A DNA stretch of 49,849 nucleotides. Origin: Candidatus Caenarcanales bacterium. Its GTDB lineage: Bacteria; Cyanobacteriota; Vampirovibrionia; LMEP-6097. Made by a program: the position numbers and the translations under genes. Positions 26,138-35,508 of this stretch are shown in pieces (position 1 is the stretch's first letter; every line of letters begins with the position of its first letter). Location of the stretch: NCBI GenBank assembly GCA_947459525.1, contig CANHDW010000003.1:1-49849 (forward strand). Direction: 5' to 3'. The notes beneath the pieces are model-generated. The model saw only the letters and a list, made by a program, of their open reading frames with translations, was not told where the DNA came from and made no database searches.

Positions 26138-26830
26138 ATGGAAAAGAAAAAAATTTTAGTTTTACTCGCTGGCTCTGGAGCGAAGGATGGCAGTGAAATT
26201 CGTGAAGCCGTGCTAACACTGACAGCGATAGAGAAAGCTGGAATGAGTTTTCAATGTACTGCACCTAACAAGCTACAAACAGATGTAATTAATTTTATGG
26301 ATGGCTCTGTATTAAATGAAGAGCGTAATGTTCTTGTGGAAGCCGCTCGCATAGCTCGCGGCGACATACTTAATCTTGCAACTGTTTCCATGAATGATTA
26401 TGATGCTCTTGCGATTCCTGGTGGTTTTGGGGTAGCGAAAAATCTCTGTAGTTTTGCTTTAGACGGGGTGAAAGCTACTGTTGATGCAGATGCTAAAAGA
26501 ATTATTCGCGAAGCATTTACTATGAAGAAAGCTATTTTAGCTATCTGTATCGCCCCAGCTTTAGTCGCTCTTTCCCTTTATGATTTAGAACCTAGTATCT
26601 TAGTTACCCTAGGTCTTGATGATGGTCCTAATCAGGCTCTTGAAGCGATAGGTGTAAGAGCGACTAAATGTTTAAGTACGGAATGTGTAGTGGATGAAAA
26701 GAATAAAATAATATCTTCGCCTGCTTATATGGATGATGGAGCGAGTCTCGTAGACTTAGATATGGGGATTAATAAAGCCATTATAGCTTTTAGTAATTTA
26801 GTAGAGGATTTAGAAACTGTTCAGGACTAA
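26138..26830 (+). CDS. elbB: ElbB/ES1 family glyoxalase (DJ-1/PfpI superfamily)
   Basis: DGSEIRE, RNVLVEAARIARG, PGGFGVAKNL, ICIAP and SSPAYM motifs. Confidence 0.9.
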   Translation: MEKKKILVLLAGSGAKDGSEIREAVLTLTAIEKAGMSFQCTAPNKLQTDVINFMDGSVLNEERNVLVEAARIARGDILNLATVSMNDYDALAIPGGFGVAKNLCSFALDGVKATVDADAKRIIREAFTMKKAILAICIAPALVALSLYDLEPSILVTLGLDDGPNQALEAIGVRATKCLSTECVVDEKNKIISSPAYMDDGASLVDLDMGINKAIIAFSNLVEDLETVQD

Positions 26831-27864
26831 ATATCCTTTATTCTCGGATCTATCTTTTTTAAAACCAAATCAGCTAACAGGTTCCCTAAGACTAGCATTA
26901 AGCTTCCTAGTAAAAGGTTAGCCATAACTATATTAATATCCTGTTTTCTTGCTGCTTCTAAAGTAAGTAAGCCTAGCCCAGGGTAAGCTAGAACCATCTC
27001 TATCAAGGCAGAGCCAGCGAATAAGCCAGCGAACTCGAAACCAAATAAAGTAATTAAAGGGTTAATCGCATTTCTTAAAGCGTGTTTCCAGATCACTATG
27101 TTGAATTTCAGACCTTTCGCTAAGGCAGTTCTAATATAAGGTCTATCTAATATCTCTAGTAAATTTGCTCGCATCTGTCTCTGTATGCTAGGTATGCTGA
27201 GTAGAGTAAGTATGCTTACTGGAATAAAGAGGTGTCTTGTTATATCTATAAGGCGTTCAAAAAAATTCATCTCATCTATAACGACACTTGTAAGTCCGCC
27301 AATAGGAAACCAGCCACTATAAAGAGCGAACAGTAACATAAAGATGGCGAGTATAAAACTGGGCATCGCCATTAAAGAGGATAGTAAGAACCTAACAGAG
27401 AGATCCAGTACGCTGTTTTGCTTAATCGCACAGATTATTCCAAGCGGAATAGCGATAAGCCAACTGAAGAAAATCGCACAGAGATTTAAAATCAAGGTAT
27501 TTTTTAAGGCTGGTATTATGACATCTATGACTTTTTGATTAGCTTGAGTGTAACCGAGATCTCCTTTAATTAAATTACTTAACCATGTTAAATACTGATA
27601 GAAAAAGCCTTTATTTAAGCCTAGTCTTTTAGATTCAGCTTCTATTTGAGCAGCTGAAATCGCTGGATTTAACCTAAGGTCAGCAAGAGGATCACCAGTC
27701 TGTATCTGAATTTCTTTAGTATCAAGATGTATAAAAGCTATATCTAACTTTATTTTAGGGATTTTAAAATCAGCTTTCATTAAGCTAAAAGTTAGAAAGC
27801 TTATAAACAGTGAAAGAAAGATGAGGTGAATAAATCTTTTAGAAATATAAATTAAATCACTCAT
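26827..27864 (-). CDS. oligopeptide ABC transporter permease (OppB/DppB)
   Basis: YIRTALAKGL, HALRNA, YPGLG and IDPRI motifs. Confidence 0.9.
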   Translation of the reverse strand: MSDLIYISKRFIHLIFLSLFISFLTFSLMKADFKIPKIKLDIAFIHLDTKEIQIQTGDPLADLRLNPAISAAQIEAESKRLGLNKGFFYQYLTWLSNLIKGDLGYTQANQKVIDVIIPALKNTLILNLCAIFFSWLIAIPLGIICAIKQNSVLDLSVRFLLSSLMAMPSFILAIFMLLFALYSGWFPIGGLTSVVIDEMNFFERLIDITRHLFIPVSILTLLSIPSIQRQMRANLLEILDRPYIRTALAKGLKFNIVIWKHALRNAINPLITLFGFEFAGLFAGSALIEMVLAYPGLGLLTLEAARKQDINIVMANLLLGSLMLVLGNLLADLVLKKIDPRIKDI

Positions 27865-29579
27865 GGCTCGTCTATTTCTTTAGTCGCCTCAAAATTAATA
27901 ATATCGGATCTAGTCATTATACCGATTAGCTTTTTAGGATTATGTCTATCGACGATTAATAATCTGCCTATATTATGCTCATGTAAGCTAATAATCGCTT
28001 GGTGCAGATTATCATCTTCGGTAAGTATGATAAGTGATTTTGACATTACCTGAGAGACTTTAGTATTTCTTTTGAGATTTTCTTCTAGAGCCTGTTTCAG
28101 GTCATTACGGGTGACTATGCCGACTAAATTCTGCTCAGCATCTACTACAGGTAATGCACCGTGTGTGGTTCTTTGAAATACTCGATTTAGAGAACCAAGT
28201 GAAATATTCTCCTCCACGCATTCTGGGTCTAGGGCCATAGCCTCTTTAACACTAAACTGCTGTAAATAAGAGGGACTGGTGTATTGATTTAGCTTTATAC
28301 CTTGGCGGGAGAGCAGGTTTTCGTATATTCCACCTAGATGTAATTTTTCAGAGGTTACATTTGCGATAATACAGGAAAACATTAAAGGCAGCACTAAATC
28401 ATAGTTACCAGTTAATTCAAAAAGCATAACTATGCTTGTGATGGGCGCTCTAGAAATAGCTGTAAAAAAAGCCCCCATCCCCACAAAAGCGAAAGTCGAA
28501 GGATTTAAATCAAGAAAAGGAAATAATGAATTTAAACTATTTCCGAACATGGCTCCAAGTAAGGCTCCTAGAATTAATGAAGGTGCAAATATACCACCAG
28601 GAACGCCACTACCACAAGCTACTAAGGTGAGAATATATTTAAACAAGAATATTAATGGGATCATCCACCAAATATAAGCTTGCGCCAGCGTGCCTTCTAG
28701 AGTAGCGTGTCCTTCACCTATAGCTTCAGGTAACCATAGGGCGACTATGCCTGTTAAAAAACCAGCTATGCCACCATGCGCCCAAGCTGGAATGAAACTT
28801 AATTTCTGTTGATAGAAATTTAAGGATTTTAAGATGGATTTTTGGAAGCTGATGCCAATAACACCACAGACTATGCCTAATATTATATAAAGAGGAATTG
28901 AGCTGAGGCTCATTCCAGAACTGGATTGAAAATGAAAAGCAAAGAAATCGCCATAGAGTAATCTACAGGTGATCGCAGCAGAGACCGTGCCGACTATGGC
29001 GGGTCCAAGAGAAGTGCTGGAAAAATCTTTATCTAATTCTTCGATAATAAAAAGTACGCCAGCAATGGGAGTATTAAAAGCAGCAGCAAGACCAGCTCCA
29101 GCACCGCTCGCCAAGGCTCTTTTCTGATGTTTACTATTCATTAGCCTTGCGATTTTACCGCCTAGACCCGCACCTATATGAATGGTCGGTCCCTCACGTC
29201 CTAGTGATAAACCTGAAGCGATGCCTACTATAGCTCCGAAGAATTTAACGATTACAGTTCTTAGTCTAATCGTGATGTTTGGGTTATTTAGAGCGTGCTT
29301 AACTTGTGGAATGCCACTGCCGCCAGCGTCTTTAGCGTATTTCTGAGTAATAAATCCAGCGAATAAACCTCCAGAGGTACAAATGATAATCGGGTAGAGC
29401 CATTCATACCAGTATTCACGATGATAGAGGTTATAGTAAAAAAGGTGACTTAATTTTTCAGTAAGAACTCTGAAGGCTACTGCTATACAACCAACAACGA
29501 CTCCTATTAAAGCTGCTCTGAGCAGGATCTGAGTCTTGGTGTCAAAGCTTTTTAAAAAAAGATATTTAAGACGTCGCAA
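27861..29579 (-). CDS. clcA: ClC H+/Cl- antiporter with a CBS pair
   Basis: GSGIP, GREGP and GGIFAP motifs; C-terminal CBS domains. Confidence 0.9.
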   Translation of the reverse strand: MRRLKYLFLKSFDTKTQILLRAALIGVVVGCIAVAFRVLTEKLSHLFYYNLYHREYWYEWLYPIIICTSGGLFAGFITQKYAKDAGGSGIPQVKHALNNPNITIRLRTVIVKFFGAIVGIASGLSLGREGPTIHIGAGLGGKIARLMNSKHQKRALASGAGAGLAAAFNTPIAGVLFIIEELDKDFSSTSLGPAIVGTVSAAITCRLLYGDFFAFHFQSSSGMSLSSIPLYIILGIVCGVIGISFQKSILKSLNFYQQKLSFIPAWAHGGIAGFLTGIVALWLPEAIGEGHATLEGTLAQAYIWWMIPLIFLFKYILTLVACGSGVPGGIFAPSLILGALLGAMFGNSLNSLFPFLDLNPSTFAFVGMGAFFTAISRAPITSIVMLFELTGNYDLVLPLMFSCIIANVTSEKLHLGGIYENLLSRQGIKLNQYTSPSYLQQFSVKEAMALDPECVEENISLGSLNRVFQRTTHGALPVVDAEQNLVGIVTRNDLKQALEENLKRNTKVSQVMSKSLIILTEDDNLHQAIISLHEHNIGRLLIVDRHNPKKLIGIMTRSDIINFEATKEIDEP

Positions 29580-29587
29580 TTGAGCTT

Positions 29588-30934
29588 TTATTCTTCTTGT
29601 GTTTTAAATTTTATCAGAATAGGTGTACCGATAAAGCCGAAATACTCTCGAAGTTTTTTCTCCATAAATCTTACGAAGGTAGGAGGGATTAATTCAGGAT
29701 AGTTCGCAAATAGCAGAAACTCTGGTGGTTCTGTAGTAATCTGTGTCGCATATTTAATCTTAATCGCTTTTTGTTTTACTATCGGTGGCGGCTGTAAAGA
29801 GAGGATATCTCTTAGAACTTTATTAAGTAGATTGGTTTCTATACGACGTTTATGCTGAGCACTGACTTCTATGGCTCTAGTCCATATCTTGTCAGTTCTA
29901 GTACCTTCTAGGGCTGATATAAATTCTATTGGTGCATAGTCGATGAATCTTAACTTAAATAAAAGCTCTTCTTTAAAGGCTTTGAGTTTAGTCTGATCAT
30001 TCTTAATTTCAGGATCTACGATGTCCCATTTATTCATAGCGATTACACAAGCCCTGCCTTTACTCTGTATCAGCGCTGCGATTTTCTGATCTTGCTCGCT
30101 TACTATATCGTCTTGAGTGCTATCTAGAATTAAAATAGCTACATCACAGCGAGCTATGCTGTGAGTCGTTCTTATCGTCGAGTATCTTTCTATTTCTTCT
30201 TGAACTTTAGACTTTCTTCTGAGTCCAGCTGTATCTATTAACTCAAATTTATGCCCATGCCTATTTAGAAAAATATTTATGGAATCCCGTGTAGTGCCAC
30301 TAACATCACTCACGATGGATCTCTCTTCACCGATAAGTTTATTATAGAGACTGGATTTCCCTACATTAGGCTTACCAATAAAAGCGATCTTAATAGACTC
30401 TTCTGGCTTTTCATCACTAGCTTTTAGTCCGACACCATAATTTTCAATAATATCGGTTAGCATATTATTTAATCCTACTGAACCGTGTAAGGCACTGAAG
30501 CCATAAACCCTGTCGAAGCCTAGCTTATAGAAATCATAAACAAGACTTTCTCTTTCTACGCTATCGACTTTATTGACAGCGACATAGACTCTATCAAAAA
30601 ATTTCTCTCTTAAGATGCTGCATATCCTCTGGTCTTCTGTCGTCATACCAGTATTAACGTCGAGTAAAAATACTATCGCATCTGAATTTTCCATGGCGAT
30701 TACCGCTTGGCGGTAAATATCGTCAGAAAAAGGATCTTGTTTATCAAAAGTTATTCCACCAGTGTCTAGGATAGTAAAAGGGGTGTCTTCCCATTCAAAA
30801 GTAACTTCCTTGCGATCTCGCGTAATACCAGCTTTTTCGCCTACTATGCATACTTGTCTACCAGCTAATCTATTTACTAGAGTGCTTTTGCCGACATTAG
30901 GTCTGCCTATCAGTGAGATGCGAATGCTTTTCAT
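29588..30934 (-). CDS. der: ribosome biogenesis GTPase Der
   Basis: two GxPNVGKS / DTxG / NKxD GTPase domains. Confidence 0.96.
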   Translation of the reverse strand: MKSIRISLIGRPNVGKSTLVNRLAGRQVCIVGEKAGITRDRKEVTFEWEDTPFTILDTGGITFDKQDPFSDDIYRQAVIAMENSDAIVFLLDVNTGMTTEDQRICSILREKFFDRVYVAVNKVDSVERESLVYDFYKLGFDRVYGFSALHGSVGLNNMLTDIIENYGVGLKASDEKPEESIKIAFIGKPNVGKSSLYNKLIGEERSIVSDVSGTTRDSINIFLNRHGHKFELIDTAGLRRKSKVQEEIERYSTIRTTHSIARCDVAILILDSTQDDIVSEQDQKIAALIQSKGRACVIAMNKWDIVDPEIKNDQTKLKAFKEELLFKLRFIDYAPIEFISALEGTRTDKIWTRAIEVSAQHKRRIETNLLNKVLRDILSLQPPPIVKQKAIKIKYATQITTEPPEFLLFANYPELIPPTFVRFMEKKLREYFGFIGTPILIKFKTQEE

Positions 30935-32267
30935 GTTTTGATTTTAGGATTAGGCTTAAGTGATCTAATATATGGTCAGCACTTAAGGATTTATCCTGCT
31001 TAATTAATTTTATAATTTCGAGTTCATTAGGATCATCTAATTTAGGATAAATTATATTAATTTCGCTTTCTTTGCTATTTATAGCATCAACGCCATTTGC
31101 GATTATCATATCCAGATTTTTTTCTATTAATTTTTTTCGAGCATTTTCTATTAGGTCTTCAGATTCGAGAGAAAAGCCTACTGTTATTTGGAATGGGCTT
31201 TTTAGGGAAGATAAATGCTTGATTATGTCGGGATTTTCTTTGAGTTCTAGGGTGACGGTATCTGCGGTATTATTATCTTTTTTAATTTTCTTCGATAAAT
31301 GTTTCATCGGACTGTAATCTGATACGGCTGCTGCCATGATTACAGCATCTATCGATTCATTAAAGTTTCCTTCCATGGCTTTAAGCATTTCTTCTGATGA
31401 GCTAACTTTTAAAAGTAATAAATTGGGATGATCTAGTAGAGCGGATTTGATAGGATCTTTTCTATAATTTACTGTAGATACAAGTATGACATTAGCTCCA
31501 CGATAGAGGGCTTCTTGTGCTAGTGCAAATCCCATTTCTCCAGAGCTGTCGTTAGAAATGAATCTAACGGGATCTAAATATTCTTTAGTTCCACCAGCAC
31601 TGATAAGTATATTGTTGTCTAGCAAGTTCTGGGGTTTTCCTTTAGAGTTGAATTGTAATTTAGAATACTTAGACAATATCTTTTTGCTTAGTATTTTATT
31701 TACTGCATTGAGGATAGAGTCTAAATCTGCTAACCTACCTATTCCACTTGTTTTACAAGCCAAAGCTCCTGCGCTAGGTTGAATTACTGAATAAGCATAG
31801 TTATCTCTTAGCTTTTTGATATTATCTTGAACTCCTAGGTGTAGCCACATATTGGTATTCATGGCTGGAGCTATTACTACAGGGGCTTTAGTCGCTAGGA
31901 TTATATCGTAGATTAAATCATCACTAATAGCATGAGCGAGTTTGCCGATGCAGTTAGCAGTCGCTGGAGCTATCAATATGAGATCCGCTATTTGAGCTAA
32001 ATGTATATGGTCTATGTAAGAGTTATTGAGAAAGGGATTTACGGTTGATTCTTCGACTGTATGTTTAGAGTCTTTAGTAAATACTCTGTTGCAGCTTATG
32101 ACTTCTAAGCTTAGTGCACTGACGAAGCTTGCAGCTGAACTGCTTAAAACCACATAGACATTAGCTCCTAGTTTTTTTAACTGGGAAACTAATTCGACAG
32201 ACTTATAACTAGCTATGCCGCCAGTAACCCCAAGAACTATAGTCTTATTTTCAAGAGTTAGTTCCAC
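30897..32267 (-). CDS. coaBC: bifunctional CoaBC
   Basis: GVTGGIASYK, APATAN, APAMN, DPVRFISNDSSG and AAAVSDY motifs. Confidence 0.95.
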   Translation of the reverse strand: MELTLENKTIVLGVTGGIASYKSVELVSQLKKLGANVYVVLSSSAASFVSALSLEVISCNRVFTKDSKHTVEESTVNPFLNNSYIDHIHLAQIADLILIAPATANCIGKLAHAISDDLIYDIILATKAPVVIAPAMNTNMWLHLGVQDNIKKLRDNYAYSVIQPSAGALACKTSGIGRLADLDSILNAVNKILSKKILSKYSKLQFNSKGKPQNLLDNNILISAGGTKEYLDPVRFISNDSSGEMGFALAQEALYRGANVILVSTVNYRKDPIKSALLDHPNLLLLKVSSSEEMLKAMEGNFNESIDAVIMAAAVSDYSPMKHLSKKIKKDNNTADTVTLELKENPDIIKHLSSLKSPFQITVGFSLESEDLIENARKKLIEKNLDMIIANGVDAINSKESEINIIYPKLDDPNELEIIKLIKQDKSLSADHILDHLSLILKSKHEKHSHLTDRQT

Positions 32268-32272
32268 TTGAG

Positions 32273-32476
32273 TTAGTAACGATTTTCTACTCTGTGTAGG
32301 TAAACTTCTTTAATCGCTTTAAGAATGGGTGGGTAAGGACTAGGTTCTTCTTTATCCTGCTCTTTAATTCTTTTAGCTACACCAGCGATTTCTCTAGTCA
32401 TCTCATAGATATTCTCTTCGTAATCTATAATCTCACTTAAGAACTTATTAGTAGAATCACTCTGATCATTAGGCAT
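32273..32476 (-). CDS. rpoZ: probable RNA polymerase omega subunit
   Basis: N.Y..T..IA..AKR...P.LKAIKE pattern; directly upstream of coaBC. Confidence 0.7.
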   Translation of the reverse strand: MPNDQSDSTNKFLSEIIDYEENIYEMTREIAGVAKRIKEQDKEEPSPYPPILKAIKEVYLHRVENRY

Positions 32477-32487
32477 AAGTCAAGTAA

Positions 32488-33150
32488 TTATACCACAGCT
32501 TGAGCTAAAGACTGTGTAATGCTTTTATAAACTTCGCCTGGGCTGAGTTCCGCATCTAATTCAATAAATTTACCTGCTTTATAATTATTATAGAATTGAG
32601 TTAAAGGTAAACCAGTTTCCACTTCATAAGTGCTGAGTCTTTTTTCTATAATTTCAGGATTATCATCTTTTCTTTGGTATAGATCTGAGCCACATAAATC
32701 ACAGCGGCCTTCTACTTTAGGTGGAGTGAATAGGATGTGAAACATACCTTTACAGCTCGGATCTTGAGTTTTAGAACACATTCTTCTGCCACTCAGTCTT
32801 TCTACAAGAATTTCTTTACGGACGTTTAAAGCGAATATATAATCGAGTGGGCTAACCTCGGCTAAGAATTTAGCTTGCTCTAATGTTCTTGGGTAACCAT
32901 CTAACAGAAATCTATTAGTGGCTTTTAATTTACTTTTAACTATTTCATTGACGATGTCGTCAGAGACTAGTTCTCCACGCTCAACTATAGCTTTAACTTC
33001 TTTCCCTAAAGCAGATTCACTCTTGATTTCAGTTCTGATAAGATCACCAGTGCTGATGTGCTCAAGTTTAAATTCCTCTGCAAGCCGAGCTGCTTGCGTT
33101 CCCTTTCCTGCACCCGCTGGACCGATAAATAAGATTCTTAGGTTTTCCAT
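32488..33150 (-). CDS. adk: adenylate kinase with a zinc LID
   Basis: GPAGAGKGTQA, HISTGD, LDGYPR and C..C LID motifs. Confidence 0.96.
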   Translation of the reverse strand: MENLRILFIGPAGAGKGTQAARLAEEFKLEHISTGDLIRTEIKSESALGKEVKAIVERGELVSDDIVNEIVKSKLKATNRFLLDGYPRTLEQAKFLAEVSPLDYIFALNVRKEILVERLSGRRMCSKTQDPSCKGMFHILFTPPKVEGRCDLCGSDLYQRKDDNPEIIEKRLSTYEVETGLPLTQFYNNYKAGKFIELDAELSPGEVYKSITQSLAQAVV

Positions 33151-33170
33151 CTATGGAGAAATTTTAACAT

Positions 33171-33203
33171 GGGCGTGTAGCGAAACTCCAATTTCTGCGT
33201 TTT
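33171..33203 (-). repeat. intergenic MITE end remnant between queA and adk
   Basis: GGGCGTGTAGCGAAACTCCAATTTCTGCGTTTT; last 20 nt identical to the argJ copy. Confidence 0.8.
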
Positions 33204-34386
33204 AAAGCAAAAGGCAGCAGTCACCATAACTAAAGAATCGATATTTTTCTTCAACGGCTATCTGGTAAAGGGTTTTACATTCCTCTATGCCAATTAATGT
33301 GCTTACTAATAGTAGTAAAGTGGATTTAGGTAGATGAAAATTAGTGAGAAGCCCATCTATAATTTTAAATTTAAAATTTCCAGGATAAATATATAAATCA
33401 GTCTCACCACGTAATTTACCAGTAATAGCTATGCTTTCAAGACAGCGTAAGCTAGTAGTGCCGATAGCGATTACCCTCCTCCCTTCGGCTTTGGCTGACT
33501 GAATTTTATCCCAGTTTTCAGAGATAATTTCATAAGTCTCGAAATGCATCTTATGGTCTTTTACTTCGCTTACGCTGACAGGCTTAAAGGTTCCTATGCC
33601 TACATCTAGATTTAAGTCTATAAATTCAACTCCTTTTCTTGTAAGTGCTTGAATAATTTCTTCGGTGAAATGCAATCCAGCAGTAGGCGCTGCAATGCTG
33701 CTACCTAGAGAGTCTTGTTTAGAATAGACTGTCTGATAGCGTTCTTTATCACTATCTTCAGCACTCCTTTGTAGATAAGGTGGTATCGGCATAGTGCCGT
33801 GATTCGTGATTATGTTTATAAATTGCTCATAGCTTTTGAATTCAACTATCATCATCCCATCTTCATTCGAAGATCGCTGCACAACTCCATTTTCTGTGTT
33901 TCCCTTGAAAATAATTATTTCTTCGGATGAGCCACTTATGATATAAGATCGAGGGTTAGTTTTAATTTTTTTCCCAGGCTTAGCTAGAGCCGTCCAGCAA
34001 TATTTTTTATCATGGGACTGCTCGAAAATTCTAAATTCTGCATTTCCATAATCTCCATCATCCTCATGATCCGACAATTCTTTAACTAAAAGTATTTCGA
34101 TAGCTTTGTTTTCAGGCTTCTCTTTATCTATCACAAAAAATCTCGCTGCTAGCACTCTAGTGACATTCCTCACTAAAATATCACCGGCTTTTAGAATGGA
34201 GCATATATCTTTAAAGGATTTATGTTCGATATTTTTATTAAGTTCTTGTGAAATAGTGCCTTGGAGATTTGGTGCTTCCTGGATTTCTCGCTTATAATAG
34301 AGCAAGCGAGAATTATCCCTTTTATCTAGTGGATACTTAGCGACTAATTCCTCTGGTAGCTCAAAATCAAAATCGTCAATTAACAT
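33202..34386 (-). CDS. queA: S-adenosylmethionine:tRNA ribosyltransferase-isomerase
   Basis: FDFELPEEL, PIPPY, AAPTAGLHF, TNFHLPKSTL and YRFFSYGD motifs. Confidence 0.96.
   Translation of the reverse strand: MLIDDFDFELPEELVAKYPLDKRDNSRLLYYKREIQEAPNLQGTISQELNKNIEHKSFKDICSILKAGDILVRNVTRVLAARFFVIDKEKPENKAIEILLVKELSDHEDDGDYGNAEFRIFEQSHDKKYCWTALAKPGKKIKTNPRSYIISGSSEEIIIFKGNTENGVVQRSSNEDGMMIVEFKSYEQFINIITNHGTMPIPPYLQRSAEDSDKERYQTVYSKQDSLGSSIAAPTAGLHFTEEIIQALTRKGVEFIDLNLDVGIGTFKPVSVSEVKDHKMHFETYEIISENWDKIQSAKAEGRRVIAIGTTSLRCLESIAITGKLRGETDLYIYPGNFKFKIIDGLLTNFHLPKSTLLLLVSTLIGIEECKTLYQIAVEEKYRFFSYGDCCLLL
33870..33901 (-). repeat. in-frame MITE end remnant in queA (NTENGVVQRSS)
   Basis: AAGATCGCTGCACAACTCCATTTTCTGTGTTT versus GAGACCACTGCACAACTCCATTTTCTGCGTTT. 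Confidence 0.85.
34014..34072 (-). repeat. in-frame MITE end remnant in queA (DHEDDGDYGNAEFRIFEQS)
   Basis: shares TCCTCATGATCC, TTCTGC and a GGACTGCT terminus with the element. Confidence 0.7.
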
Positions 34387-34395
34387 AGTTCCTCA

Positions 34396-35508
34396 ATGAT
34401 TAAACTGAGTATAATAATCACCACATATAATAGAGCAAATTTGCTTGAGCAATTGTTAAATGATATTTTAGAGCAGCATGTAACTTTAGCTCCTGAAGAG
34501 CAGTCTATTGAATTAATTCTTGTTGATAATAATTCTGGAGATGACACTAAAGCTGTTATTTATAAATTTATTGAAGCGAATACTTTAAGCGTGAAGTATG
34601 TCTTTGAACCTATACAAGGTATTGCCGCTGCACGCAATACTGGAATAGAGAAGTCGCAAGGTAATCTGCTGGCCTTTCTGCATGATGATATTTCTTTGGA
34701 TGAGGACTGGCTGAGAGAAGCTTATAAGTTAGCTTCTAATTGCTTGCAGCATGAAATAGGTGTCTATGGTGGGCGTTCTATACCTCTTTGGGAGGATGCT
34801 TTACCTGAATGGCTTGATTTAGAACCACCTTATGGTGTTGACCAAGATGTCTTCAGAGGACATAGTTATGGTGATGAAGAGAGATTTTATCCTTTCAATA
34901 CAGAGTTTGGTAAGGCGGATTATCCATCTGGCATAAATGTTTTTATCCGCAGAGAAATTTTTATTAACTGTGGAATTTTCAGAGTGGACTTAGGAGCTAA
35001 TGCTGAAGGTGGTCTTGGCTCACATGAGGATTATGAATTTTTTGATTACCTTGCTGCCATAAACATTCCAATGTTGTATGTGCCACAGTGTATAGTCTTT
35101 CACCCCATTAAACCAGAGCATCTAGACGAGCATTATGTAAGGACTAGTTATTTTAAAACAGGTAGAAGTCTTTATTGGATAGCTCATACTGACAGGCTTA
35201 AACGCTCTGCCCCAGATTTATTCCAAATTAATAGTGGAGATAGATTGTTTTATCCAGAGTTTACTAAAATTAAGATAGCTAGAATTCCTCTTTATCTTCA
35301 TTTAAAGATATTTTATGTAGCTTGTGAATTGCTCTACGTCCTAGTTTTATTTGATAAGAAAAAGTTACATTATGTTACTTTTAAGCTTTGTAGGACTTTA
35401 GGCGAGATGAATGCAGCTGTTCTTTTGGCACAAAGAGAGAAAAATAAGAAGTTTAGTTTTAAAGACAGGATTATAAAAAAGAAAGTGATCGAATTTAGAG
35501 AAGTGTGA
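34396..35508 (+). CDS. glycosyltransferase family 2
   Basis: SIIITTYNR, VDNNSGD, ARNTG, HDD and ED motifs. Confidence 0.9.
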   Translation: MIKLSIIITTYNRANLLEQLLNDILEQHVTLAPEEQSIELILVDNNSGDDTKAVIYKFIEANTLSVKYVFEPIQGIAAARNTGIEKSQGNLLAFLHDDISLDEDWLREAYKLASNCLQHEIGVYGGRSIPLWEDALPEWLDLEPPYGVDQDVFRGHSYGDEERFYPFNTEFGKADYPSGINVFIRREIFINCGIFRVDLGANAEGGLGSHEDYEFFDYLAAINIPMLYVPQCIVFHPIKPEHLDEHYVRTSYFKTGRSLYWIAHTDRLKRSAPDLFQINSGDRLFYPEFTKIKIARIPLYLHLKIFYVACELLYVLVLFDKKKLHYVTFKLCRTLGEMNAAVLLAQREKNKKFSFKDRIIKKKVIEFREV

